Source: Gammaproteobacteria bacterium (lineage in GTDB: Bacteria; Pseudomonadota; Gammaproteobacteria; Steroidobacterales; Steroidobacteraceae). From it: a DNA stretch of 64,000 bases. The notes under the pieces are model-generated. The model was given only the letters and a program-made list of their open reading frames with translations, had not been told where the DNA came from and did no database searches. The stretch lies in NCBI GenBank assembly GCA_052386355.1, contig JBQTKF010000055.1, positions 324 to 64,323 of the forward strand, in the 5' to 3' direction. Of this stretch, positions 52,876-63,774 are shown piece by piece (position 1 is the stretch's first letter; the number at the start of each line of letters is the position of its first letter). Made by a program: the position numbers and the translations under genes.

Positions 52876-53360
52876 ACGAATGGGGCGAGCGCCTTGCGTC
52901 CCTGCCGGCGTTCGCGCCGCCGGCTGGCGGCTGGCCGGCGGTGCGCGAGGCACGGCGCGCGCGTCATGCCGCCATTCCCGCGCGCTGGCCCGCGGTACTC
53001 GCGGCGGCGCTCCTCGCCGTGGCGGTGGGCCTCGGCTGGTGGCCGCAGTCGGCGCAGCGCCAGATTGCACAGATCGGGGAGGCTCGGACGGCCCTGCCGA
53101 TGAGCGAGGCCATGCGGCTGGAGAATGCGCGGCTCGAATGGCTGCTGGCCACGCTGCCGGAACGGCGTGCGATGCGCGGCAGCACAGCCTTCACGGTCGC
53201 CGAGCTCGAGGATCGCCTGGCGCTCGTGGACGACCGGCTGAGCCGCGTGATGCTTGAGCCGAACGCGCCGGAACAGGCCGAGCGCCTGTGGCAGCAGCGC
53301 GTGGGGCTGCTGAACTCGCTGGTCCAGGTCCGCTACGCGGACGCGACCTTCACCTATTAG
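52860..53360 (+). CDS. Putative single-pass anti-sigma factor
   Basis: 166 aa from ATG 52860, overlapping the sigma gene by 16 nt, with one TM helix (WPAVLAAALLAVAVGLGWW). The call rests on position and topology, not on sequence family recognition. Confidence 0.55.
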   Translation: MHADLNEWGERLASLPAFAPPAGGWPAVREARRARHAAIPARWPAVLAAALLAVAVGLGWWPQSAQRQIAQIGEARTALPMSEAMRLENARLEWLLATLPERRAMRGSTAFTVAELEDRLALVDDRLSRVMLEPNAPEQAERLWQQRVGLLNSLVQVRYADATFTY

Positions 53361-53375
53361 ATCGCGGAGGACACG

Positions 53376-54344
53376 ATGAAAAGGACGATGATCGCCATGA
53401 CCGTCGCGGCGCTGCTGGCGGCCGGCACCGCGCAGGCCCAGGCCGCCGACGAGGCGGAGCTGGAGAAGCGGCTGCAGGCTGCGCAGGAACGGCTGGAAGC
53501 CGCCGCGCGCGAAGTCGCGGAACTGTCTGCCGAGGCGGGCGGACCGCAAATGCGCCGCTTCGAGATGCTGCTGCCCGGTCCGCAGCGCGCAATGCTCGGC
53601 ATCAACCTCGGTGGCACCGAGGCCGGCGGCGTGCGGGTGAACAACGTGAGCCCCGGCGGACCCGCGGCAGAGGCGGGCGTCAAGGCGGGAGACGTCGTGG
53701 TGTCGATCGAAGGCACGCAGGTCGCGACCGGGCGCGAACTGGTCAAGGTGATGGAAGGCGTCGAGCCCGGCCAGAAGGTCGCGGTGGAGCTGCTGCGTGA
53801 CGGCAAACCGGTCAAGGTCGCGGTCGAGGCGCGCCCGCTCGACCGGATCTTCTTCGCCGGCCGCGGCATGCCGGCGCCCGCCATCGCGGCGATCGAGGCG
53901 CTGCCGGCGATGCCGCCCGGGGATTTCGACTTCGATTTCGGCGGCGGCCCGCACTGGCTGCTCGAACAATGGGGCGACGCCGAGTTCGTGAACCTGACGC
54001 CGGGCCTTGGCCGCTATTTCGGCGCCGAGAAGGGCGTGCTGGTCGCGCGCGCGCCGGAGGATTCGACGCTCGGACTGCAGGACGGCGACGTGATCGTCGC
54101 GATCGGTGGACGCGAGCCGCAGAATGCGCGGCACGCCATGCGCATCCTGCGTTCCTACCAGCCGGGCGAGAGCGTGGAGCTGCGCGTGCTGCGCGACAGG
54201 CGCACGCAGACTCTGTCGGCCAGGGTGCCCGAGCGCGACGTGCGCAAGCACCGTGAAGTGCTGCGCCAGCGCGTGGTGCCGGCCCCGCGCGTGTTGGTGC
54301 CGCCGGCGGCACCGCGTCCGCCGCCGGCCCCGTCCTCGACCTGA
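53376..54344 (+). CDS. Periplasmic PDZ domain-containing protein (two PDZ-like domains, Pro-rich tail)
   Basis: Signal peptide (…AAGTAQAQA), coiled-coil segment, GVRVNNVSPGGPAAEAGVKAGDVVVSIEG and a second PDZ-like block (VLVARAPEDSTLGLQDGDVIVAIGG). Confidence 0.7.
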   Translation: MKRTMIAMTVAALLAAGTAQAQAADEAELEKRLQAAQERLEAAAREVAELSAEAGGPQMRRFEMLLPGPQRAMLGINLGGTEAGGVRVNNVSPGGPAAEAGVKAGDVVVSIEGTQVATGRELVKVMEGVEPGQKVAVELLRDGKPVKVAVEARPLDRIFFAGRGMPAPAIAAIEALPAMPPGDFDFDFGGGPHWLLEQWGDAEFVNLTPGLGRYFGAEKGVLVARAPEDSTLGLQDGDVIVAIGGREPQNARHAMRILRSYQPGESVELRVLRDRRTQTLSARVPERDVRKHREVLRQRVVPAPRVLVPPAAPRPPPAPSST

Positions 54345-54382
54345 GCGGAGGTCCCGCGGCCCTGTGCTAGTCTGCGCGGCCC

Positions 54383-56550
<2,168 letters not shown>

Positions 56551-56593
56551 TCACGCGCCCCAACCGGGCCGGCGCCGCCGGCCCCCGCAGAGG

Positions 56594-56929
56594 ATGGACA
56601 TGGACTTTTTCATCACCCCCGCCTGGGCCCAGGCCGCCACCGGATCGGGCATGGGCACCCTCGGCACCCTGCTGCCGCTCATCCTGATCTTCGTGGTGTT
56701 CTATTTCCTGCTGATCCGGCCCCAGACCAAGCGCGCCAAGGAACATCGCGAGATGATCGGCAAGCTCGCCGCCGGCGACGAGGTCGTCACGAATGGCGGC
56801 ATCCTCGGCCGGATCACCGAAGTGGGTGATCATTTCGTGACACTGGAAATCGCGAAGGGCACCTCGATCAGCGTGCAGAAGTTCCAGGTCGGGCAGTTGA
56901 TGCCGAAAGGCACGTTCAAGGGCGCCTGA
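56594..56929 (+). CDS. yajC: Preprotein translocase subunit YajC
   Basis: 111 aa with a TM helix then LLIRPQTKRAKEHREMI...GDEVVT.GGI.G.I. Confidence 0.9.
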   Translation: MDMDFFITPAWAQAATGSGMGTLGTLLPLILIFVVFYFLLIRPQTKRAKEHREMIGKLAAGDEVVTNGGILGRITEVGDHFVTLEIAKGTSISVQKFQVGQLMPKGTFKGA

Positions 56930-56951
56930 GCGCCGCCTCCCCGGTCCGCGC

Positions 56952-58802
56952 GTGGCACCCCGCTATCCGGTCTGGAAAAACGTCCTGCTGGCGGCCGTGC
57001 TGCTGGCGGGCGTCCTGTTCGCATTGCCGAACTGGTACGGTGAATCGCCGGCGCTGCAGCTGTCGCGCCGCGACCGCGCGGCCTCCGACGCCGCGACGAC
57101 GGCCGGATTCGAGGGCTCGCTCAGGGGCGCGGGCATCGGCTTCGAGGAAAGCTTCGTCGACGAGGAGGGGCGCCTCTGGCTGCGGTTCGCGGACGTTCCC
57201 GCGCAGCTTGCCGCACGCGACCTGATCCAGCAGCGCTACGAGGGCGAGTACGCGATCGCGATGACCTTCGCTTCGCGCGCGCCCGCATGGCTGCAGGCGA
57301 TGGGACTCGCGCCGATGAGCCTGGGCCTCGACCTGCGCGGCGGCATGCACCTGGTGTACGAAGTGGACGTCGCGGGTGCGGTCGACCAGCTGCTGCAACG
57401 CATGGAGCGGGATTTCCGCAAGGTACTGCGTGACGCGCGCATCCTCTACGAGGAAGTGACCATCGAGGGCAGCGGCGTGCGCATCCAGTTGCGCGACACG
57501 ACCCAGGCCGCTGCCGCGCGCACGGCCATGCTTGACTACGACCCGGGCCTTTCGGTGACCGAGGGCCCGGTGCAGGGCACACTGCTTGCGGCGCTGTCCG
57601 AAGCGCAGGTCCGCCAGCGGCAGGACTTCGCGATCCAGCAGAACATCACCGCGCTCAGCAATCGCGTGAACGCGCTCGGCGTTGCCGAGTCCGTGGTGCA
57701 GCGCCAGGGCCTGAACCGGATCGCGGTGCAGCTGCCCGGCGTGCAGGATGCCTCGGAAGTCGTGCGCCTGCTCGGCAAGGTGGCGACGCTCGAGTTCAGG
57801 CTGGTGGACACGGTCAACAGCCCCGCCGAGGCCGCGCGCACCGGCCGCCCGCCGCTCGGCAGCAGGCTTTACCGGGAGCGCAGCGGCAACCCGGTGCTGC
57901 TGAAGCGCGACGTGATCGCGACCGGCGAGCAGTTGATCGACGCCTCGTTTTCGCCATCCCAGGGCGAGCCTGCGGTCAGCGTGCGCCTCGACAGCCGCGG
58001 AGGCGAGGAGATGCTGCGCACCACGCGCGAAAACCTGAACCGGCCGATGGCGGTCGTGTTCATCGAGAAGGACCGCGAGCTGGTCGTACGCGAAGGGCGC
58101 CAGGTGGTACTGGACCGCTCAAAGGAGGAGGTCATCAGCGTCGCGACGATCCGCGGCGTATTCTCCAATAATTTCCAGATCACCGGCCTCTCGGCCGCCG
58201 AGGCGACGGAGCTCGCGAAACTCCTGCGCGCCGGCGCACTCGCCGCCCCGGTCTACATCGTCGAGCAGCGGGTGATCGGGCCGAGCCTCGGGCAGGACAA
58301 CATCGAGGACGGTGCGCGGGCGCTCACGATCGCTTCGATCGCGATCTTCCTGTTCATGATCGTCTACTACCGCGTGTTCGGCGTCATCGCCTGCGTGGTG
58401 CTGACCTCGAACGTGATCTTCATCATCGCCGTGCTCGGGCTGTTCGACGCCGCCCTGACGCTGCCCGGCATCGCCGGCATCGTGCTCACGGTCGGCACGG
58501 CCGTGGACGCCAACATCCTGATCTACGAGCGCATCCGCGAAGAACTCGCGATCGGCGCCTCGCCGCTTGCGGCGATCAACGCGGGATTCGACAAGGCATT
58601 CTCGGCGATCGCCGATTCCAACGTGACCATGCTGATGTCGGGCATCGTGCTGTTCATGTTCGGTTCCGGGCCCGTACGCGGGTTCGCCGTCACGCTCTGC
58701 ATCGGTATCGCGGCCTCGATGTTCACGGCGCTCGTCGGCAGCCGCGCGCTCATCCACCTGGTCTACGGCCGCCGCCGCCGCGTCGAACGGCTGGCGATCT
58801 GA
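56952..58802 (+). CDS. secD: Protein translocase subunit SecD
   Basis: 616 aa with a GTG start. RYPVWKNVLLAAVLLAGVLFALPNWYGE matches SecD N-termini, and the C-terminal half has 5-6 TM segments. Confidence 0.92.
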   Translation: MAPRYPVWKNVLLAAVLLAGVLFALPNWYGESPALQLSRRDRAASDAATTAGFEGSLRGAGIGFEESFVDEEGRLWLRFADVPAQLAARDLIQQRYEGEYAIAMTFASRAPAWLQAMGLAPMSLGLDLRGGMHLVYEVDVAGAVDQLLQRMERDFRKVLRDARILYEEVTIEGSGVRIQLRDTTQAAAARTAMLDYDPGLSVTEGPVQGTLLAALSEAQVRQRQDFAIQQNITALSNRVNALGVAESVVQRQGLNRIAVQLPGVQDASEVVRLLGKVATLEFRLVDTVNSPAEAARTGRPPLGSRLYRERSGNPVLLKRDVIATGEQLIDASFSPSQGEPAVSVRLDSRGGEEMLRTTRENLNRPMAVVFIEKDRELVVREGRQVVLDRSKEEVISVATIRGVFSNNFQITGLSAAEATELAKLLRAGALAAPVYIVEQRVIGPSLGQDNIEDGARALTIASIAIFLFMIVYYRVFGVIACVVLTSNVIFIIAVLGLFDAALTLPGIAGIVLTVGTAVDANILIYERIREELAIGASPLAAINAGFDKAFSAIADSNVTMLMSGIVLFMFGSGPVRGFAVTLCIGIAASMFTALVGSRALIHLVYGRRRRVERLAI

Positions 58803-58812
58803 GGGTGCGCCG

Positions 58813-59748
58813 ATGATGCAGTTCCTCAGTCAGGTCCCCTCGATCCGGTTCATGCAGCGCCGGCGGCATTGGTACGCATTGTCGGCGCTGATGATCTTCG
58901 TCTCGATCGCGGTGATCGCGACGCGCGGCCTGAACCTGACCGTGGACTTCACCGGCGGCGTGGTGCTCGAGGTCGGGTTCACGCAGGTCGTGGATCTCGA
59001 GCGCGCTCGGGAGGCGCTCGACGCGGCCGGGTTCGAGGACTACCAGGTGCGCAACTTCGGCACCGCGAGCGAACTCGAGGTGCGCCTGCCGCCGGCGGGA
59101 CCGGGCGAGGCGGCCGCGATCGCGGACCGCGTACTCTCGGCGCTGCGCGCGGCCGACCCGGCGGCGGAGTTGCGCCGCACCGAGTCGGTTGGCCCGCAGG
59201 TCAGCCGCCAGCTCGGCGAGCAGGCGGCGCTCGCCGTGCTGATGACGCTGCTGCTGGTGCTGGTCTACATCGCGCTGCGGTTCCGCTGGCGCTTCGGCAT
59301 CGGCTCGCTGGTGGCGTCGCTGCACGACCCCATCGTCGCGACCGGGGCGATCGCGCTGTTGCAGATCCCGTTCGACCTCAACGTGGTCGCGGCGCTCCTG
59401 ACCATCCTCGGTTACTCGGTGAACGACACGGTCGTGATCTTCGACCGCATCCGCGAGCGCTTCCGCTCGATGCGCAAGGCCGAGCCTGCGCAGGTCATCG
59501 ATCGCGCCATCAACGAGACGCTCGGCCGCACCATCATCGTGGCGGGCTGCGCGCTGGCGTCGGTGTTGTTCCTCGCGGTGCTCGGCGGGGAGACGCTGCG
59601 CGGCTTCGCGGTCGCACTCTCGATCGGCATCGTGATCGGCACCTACTCCTCGATCTACGTCGCCGGCGCGATTGCGCTCGATCTCGGCGCCTCGCAGCGC
59701 GATTTCATGCCACCCGAGAAGCGGGGAGAAGTCGATGCGCTGCCCTGA
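58813..59748 (+). CDS. secF: Protein translocase subunit SecF
   Basis: 311 aa with ...GLNLTVDFTGG... and ...LGYSVNDTVVIFDRIRE.... Confidence 0.92.
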   Translation: MMQFLSQVPSIRFMQRRRHWYALSALMIFVSIAVIATRGLNLTVDFTGGVVLEVGFTQVVDLERAREALDAAGFEDYQVRNFGTASELEVRLPPAGPGEAAAIADRVLSALRAADPAAELRRTESVGPQVSRQLGEQAALAVLMTLLLVLVYIALRFRWRFGIGSLVASLHDPIVATGAIALLQIPFDLNVVAALLTILGYSVNDTVVIFDRIRERFRSMRKAEPAQVIDRAINETLGRTIIVAGCALASVLFLAVLGGETLRGFAVALSIGIVIGTYSSIYVAGAIALDLGASQRDFMPPEKRGEVDALP

Positions 59749-59766
59749 GGGCGCGGGAGGCGCCGC

Positions 59767-60405
59767 ATGATCGAATTGCTCGCCGATCCGCAGGTCTGGC
59801 TCGCGTTCCTGACGCTGACGCTGCTCGAGATCGTCCTCGGCATCGACAACATCATCTTCCTGTCGATCCTGGTCTCCAAGCTGCCCAAGGAACTGCAGCC
59901 GCGCGGCCGCATCCTCGGCCTCGCGTTCGCGATGGTTACGCGCATCGCGCTCCTGTTCTCGATCACCTGGCTGATCCGGCTCACCGCGCCGCTGTTCACC
60001 GTGCTGGGCGAAGAGATTTCGGGCCGCGACCTGATCCTGTTCGCGGGCGGGCTGTTCCTGCTGGTCAAGAGTGTCACCGAGATTCACGGAGCGCTCGAGG
60101 GCGCGGCGGACGCGCATGGCAAGTCGGTGAAACTGCGCGCCAACATCATGGCCGTGGTGATCCAGATCGGTCTGGTGGACATCGTGTTCTCGCTCGATTC
60201 CGTGCTGACCGCCGTCGGCCTGGCAGAGCACATCGAGGTGATGGTCTCCGCGATCGTGATCGCCGTGTTCGTGATGATGTTCCTGGCGCGGCCGATCCAC
60301 GAATTCATCGAGCGCCATCCGACCATCAAGATCCTCGCGCTCGCCTTCCTGATCCTGATCGGCGTGGCCCTGATCGCCGAGTCGTTCGAGTTCGAGATCC
60401 AGTAG
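59767..60405 (+). CDS. TerC-family integral membrane protein, apparently truncated by an in-frame TAG (the frame continues to 60534)
   Basis: LLEIVLGIDNIIFLSILV and SLDSVLTAVG are the TerC signature repeats. The ORF ends at TAG 60403-60405, but the same frame continues with a conserved-looking tail AYLYFAIAVSVGVEMVNIRMRRR to TGA 60532-60534. Confidence 0.8.
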   Translation: MIELLADPQVWLAFLTLTLLEIVLGIDNIIFLSILVSKLPKELQPRGRILGLAFAMVTRIALLFSITWLIRLTAPLFTVLGEEISGRDLILFAGGLFLLVKSVTEIHGALEGAADAHGKSVKLRANIMAVVIQIGLVDIVFSLDSVLTAVGLAEHIEVMVSAIVIAVFVMMFLARPIHEFIERHPTIKILALAFLILIGVALIAESFEFEIQ

Positions 60406-60676
60406 GCCTACCTGTACTTCGCGATTGCGGTCTCCGTCGGCGTTGAGATGGTCAACATCCGCATGCGCAGGCGCGGCGAGCCGGTGGACCTGCGCGGCCC
60501 CGACCTGCCCGAAGCCGGACCCAAGCAGGACTGATCGCGGCCAAACGCCTGGGCTGCAGCCAGCCGTGCGCGGGTCCGGGGCCGGCCGTGGTCCCGAAGC
60601 GAGCGAGTTGCTCCGATTCTTTCGAGCGAGCGAGGGAGCCCGGTCGGCCCCGGGCCGGGTCTCGAGTGCCGGCGGC

Positions 60677-62134
60677 TCAGGCGTTCAGCTTGCTATGCCG
60701 TCGGCTGTAGCCGAAGTAGATCAGCAGGCCAATCACGATCCAGCCCAGCATCCAGTGCCAGTTGTCCTTGAACGACTGGTAGAAGAGGTAGAGGCAGGCC
60801 GCGGCGCCAAGGATGCCGACCAGGGGTGCCGCCGGCACGCGAAAACCGCGGGGCAGGTCGGGGCGCGTACGGCGCAGCACCGGGATGCCGACGCACACGG
60901 TCGCGAACGCCAGCAAGGTGCCCATCGACACCATCTCGCCCAGCCTGCCGATCGGCAGCAGCGCAGCGAGGAACACCGCGGTGATGCCTACAACCACCGT
61001 GCCGATGTGCGGCGTGCGATGTTTCGGGTGGATCCGGCCGAAGGCGGCCGGAATCAGGCCGTCGCGCGCCATCGAGTAGAAGATACGCGGCTGCCCGACC
61101 ATCATCACCAGGATCACCGAGGACAGGCCCGCGATCGCGCCGATCTCGACCAGCGTCTTGAGCCACAGCAGGCTCGGGTAGGTCTCGAGCGCGGTCGCGA
61201 CCGGCTTCGGCGTACCGAGCATGGTGTACGGCATGATGCCGGTCATCACCGCGGACATCGCGATGTAGATCAGCGTGCAGATGAAGAGCGAACCCAGGAT
61301 CCCGATCGGCATGTCGCGCTGCGGATTCTTCGCCTCCTGGGCCGCGGTCGAGACCGCGTCGAAGCCGATGTAGGCGAAGAACACGATTGACGCGGCGCGC
61401 AGCACGCCGTCCCAGCCGAATTGCCCGGGACCCTGCGACTCCGGTATGAAAGGGGTCCAGTTCGAGGTGTCGATGAACTGCAGGCTGAAGCCCATGAACA
61501 GCAGGATCACGACGAGCTTGATGGCGACGATGATCGAATTGACGAACGCCGACTGCGTGATGCCGCGGTAGCAGAGCGCGGCGATTGCGGTCGCGATGGC
61601 GACCGCAGGCAGGTTGACGATCGAACCCGTGGATACGACGCGGCCGTCCACCAGATCGAATGGTGCGGAGGTGAGCGCCGGCGGCAGCGAGACCGAGACG
61701 CCGAGGCCGCTGCCGATGGAGTCCAGCAGTCCGGTGAAGTAGCCGGACCAGCCGACCGAGACCGTCGCCGCGGCGAACGTGTACTCGAGCACCAGCATCC
61801 AGCCGATGAACCAGGCCGTGAACTCGCCAAGCGTCGCGTAGGCGTAGGAGTAGGCGCTGCCCGAGACCGGCAGCATCGACGCGAATTCCGCGTAGCACAG
61901 GCCCGCCAGGCCGCAGGCGACGCCGGCGATCACGAACGAGAGAACCACGGCCGGACCGGCGTGGTTCGCGGCGGCATGACCGGTCAGCACGAAGATGCCG
62001 GCCCCGATCACCGCGCCGATGCCGAGCAGCACGAGGTGCCGCGCCGTGAGCACGCGCTTCAGCGTGACCTCGCCAGGCTGGGCAGTATCGGCATCCATGA
62101 CCGCTTGGCACGGCTTGGTGCGGAACAGGTTCAT
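60677..62134 (-). CDS. Amino acid permease (APC superfamily, cationic amino acid transporter-like)
   Basis: 485 aa with about 12 TM helices. N-terminal motif LGIGAVIGAGIFVLTG, also ...AYIGFDAVSTAAQEAKNPQRDMP.... Confidence 0.85.
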   Translation of the reverse strand: MNLFRTKPCQAVMDADTAQPGEVTLKRVLTARHLVLLGIGAVIGAGIFVLTGHAAANHAGPAVVLSFVIAGVACGLAGLCYAEFASMLPVSGSAYSYAYATLGEFTAWFIGWMLVLEYTFAAATVSVGWSGYFTGLLDSIGSGLGVSVSLPPALTSAPFDLVDGRVVSTGSIVNLPAVAIATAIAALCYRGITQSAFVNSIIVAIKLVVILLFMGFSLQFIDTSNWTPFIPESQGPGQFGWDGVLRAASIVFFAYIGFDAVSTAAQEAKNPQRDMPIGILGSLFICTLIYIAMSAVMTGIMPYTMLGTPKPVATALETYPSLLWLKTLVEIGAIAGLSSVILVMMVGQPRIFYSMARDGLIPAAFGRIHPKHRTPHIGTVVVGITAVFLAALLPIGRLGEMVSMGTLLAFATVCVGIPVLRRTRPDLPRGFRVPAAPLVGILGAAACLYLFYQSFKDNWHWMLGWIVIGLLIYFGYSRRHSKLNA

Positions 62135-62203
62135 GCGCGGCCCCCCGGAAAATTCAGCGGACTCTACCCCAGCCCCGGCGTGATTGCGAGCCGCGGGCCC
62201 GCG

Positions 62204-63001
62204 CTATTGGCGAAGCTCGTCGTTCAGGAACGGCGCGAAGCTCTCGATGAGCGCCGCATACACGCGCGGATTGCCCGCGACGAGGTTGCCGCCGTCCTGG
62301 TACTCGCGGCCCGCGAAGGTGCCGATGAGGCCACCGGCCTCGACGATCATCAGGTTGCCTGCCGCGGTGTCCCAGGGCGCGAGGCCGACTTCCCAGAACC
62401 CGTCGAGGCGGCCCGCGGCGACGTACGCCAGGTCGAGCGTTGCGGCGCCGGGGCGGCGCACGCCCGCGGCCCGGTCCATGACGCATTCCAGCATGCCGAG
62501 GTAGGGCCGCATCCAGCGCTTGTTCTCCCGGAACGGGAAGCCGGTGCCGATCAGCGCGCCGTCGAGTCCGTTGTGGCGCGACACACGCAGCCGGCGTCCC
62601 TCGAGTTGCGCGCCGCCGCCGCGCGCGGCGGTGAACAGCTCATTGCGCACAGGATCCAGGATGACGCCCGCTTCGGCGCGACCACGGTGGCGGCAGGCCA
62701 CCGACACCGCGAAATGCGGGAGGCCGTGCAGGAAGTTGGTGGTGCCGTCGAGCGGATCGATGACCCAGGTGTAGTCGTCTCCCTCGTGGCGGCCGCTCTC
62801 CTCGGCGAGGATGCCGTGGCCGGGGTAGGCCTTGCGGATGGTCGCGATCGCCGCCTGCTCCGCCGCGCGGTCCACCTCACTCACGAAGTCATTGCGGCTC
62901 TTTTCGCTGGCGGCGACGGTGCCCGCGCGATCGAGGCTGCGCATGATCAACTCGCCGGCGCGGCGCGCGGCGGCGGTCGCGATGTTCACGAGGGGATGCA
63001 T
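62204..63001 (-). CDS. suhB: Inositol-1-monophosphatase family protein SuhB
   Basis: MHPLVNIATAAARRAGELI..., ILAEESG, WVIDPLDGTTNF and WDTAAG. Confidence 0.9.
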   Translation of the reverse strand: MHPLVNIATAAARRAGELIMRSLDRAGTVAASEKSRNDFVSEVDRAAEQAAIATIRKAYPGHGILAEESGRHEGDDYTWVIDPLDGTTNFLHGLPHFAVSVACRHRGRAEAGVILDPVRNELFTAARGGGAQLEGRRLRVSRHNGLDGALIGTGFPFRENKRWMRPYLGMLECVMDRAAGVRRPGAATLDLAYVAAGRLDGFWEVGLAPWDTAAGNLMIVEAGGLIGTFAGREYQDGGNLVAGNPRVYAALIESFAPFLNDELRQ

Positions 63002-63045
63002 GCCGTCTCCCGAAGTAGAATAGCCGCCATTCTCCGGGAATCACG

Positions 63046-63774
63046 ATGCCAGCCGCAATCCACATCGTGCTCGTGGACACGACCCATCCGGGCAACGTCG
63101 GCGCCAGCGCGCGCGCGATGCGCAACATGGGCCTCGATGCGCTGGTGCTGGTGCAGCCCCAGGCGCCGGCCGACGCGGAATCGCTCACGCGCGCGGCGGG
63201 CGGCGCGGACCTGCTGCGCGCCGCGCGTATCGAGCAATCGGTCGAGGCTGCGATCGCCGATTGCGGGCTGGTGCTCGGCACCAGCGCACGCAGGCGCAGT
63301 GCGCATCACCGCGTGCTGGACCCGCGCGCGGCGGCCGCCGAACTGGTGGCGGCATCCGTGTCGCGGCCGGCGGCTTTGCTGTTCGGCGGCGAGCGCAATG
63401 GCCTTTCGAACGAGGACCTCGCGCGCTGCCACGCGGTCGTGCGTATTCCGGCGGATCCGGCCTACGAGTCCCTGAATCTCGCGCAGGCAGTGCAGATCCT
63501 CTGCTACGAGATCTTCCTCGCCGCGGGCGCGGTCCCTGCCGTGCAGGGCGTGGATCCGCCCGCCAGCGCGAAGGAGCTGGCGGCGCTCTGGGATCACCTC
63601 GACGCGGTCGCGCGGCGTGCGGGATTCATGCACGAAGGCAATGCGTCGCAGCTCGCGCCGCGCATCCGACGCCTGCTGGCGCGCGCCGTGCCGTACGCCG
63701 GCGAGGTGCGCATCCTGCGCGGGCTGCTCGCGGCCATCGAGCGACGGCTGCCGCCGGAGGCGGCCGGCCCGTGA
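63046..63774 (+). CDS. trmJ: tRNA (cytidine/uridine-2'-O-)-methyltransferase TrmJ (SpoU/TrmH family)
   Basis: IHIVLVDTTHPGNVGASARAMRNMGLDALVLVQP parallels the E. coli TrmJ N-terminus. Also carries the LLFGGERNGLSNEDL and IPADPAYESLNLAQAV motifs. Confidence 0.88.
   Translation: MPAAIHIVLVDTTHPGNVGASARAMRNMGLDALVLVQPQAPADAESLTRAAGGADLLRAARIEQSVEAAIADCGLVLGTSARRRSAHHRVLDPRAAAAELVAASVSRPAALLFGGERNGLSNEDLARCHAVVRIPADPAYESLNLAQAVQILCYEIFLAAGAVPAVQGVDPPASAKELAALWDHLDAVARRAGFMHEGNASQLAPRIRRLLARAVPYAGEVRILRGLLAAIERRLPPEAAGP

Noticed and set aside
60403-60405. In-frame TAG in the TerC-family gene, considered as programmed recoding (pyrrolysine or a suppressor).
   Set aside because: There are no pyl genes, no PYLIS-like context and no reason to expect recoding in this family. 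A nonsense mutation or sequencing error is far more parsimonious.
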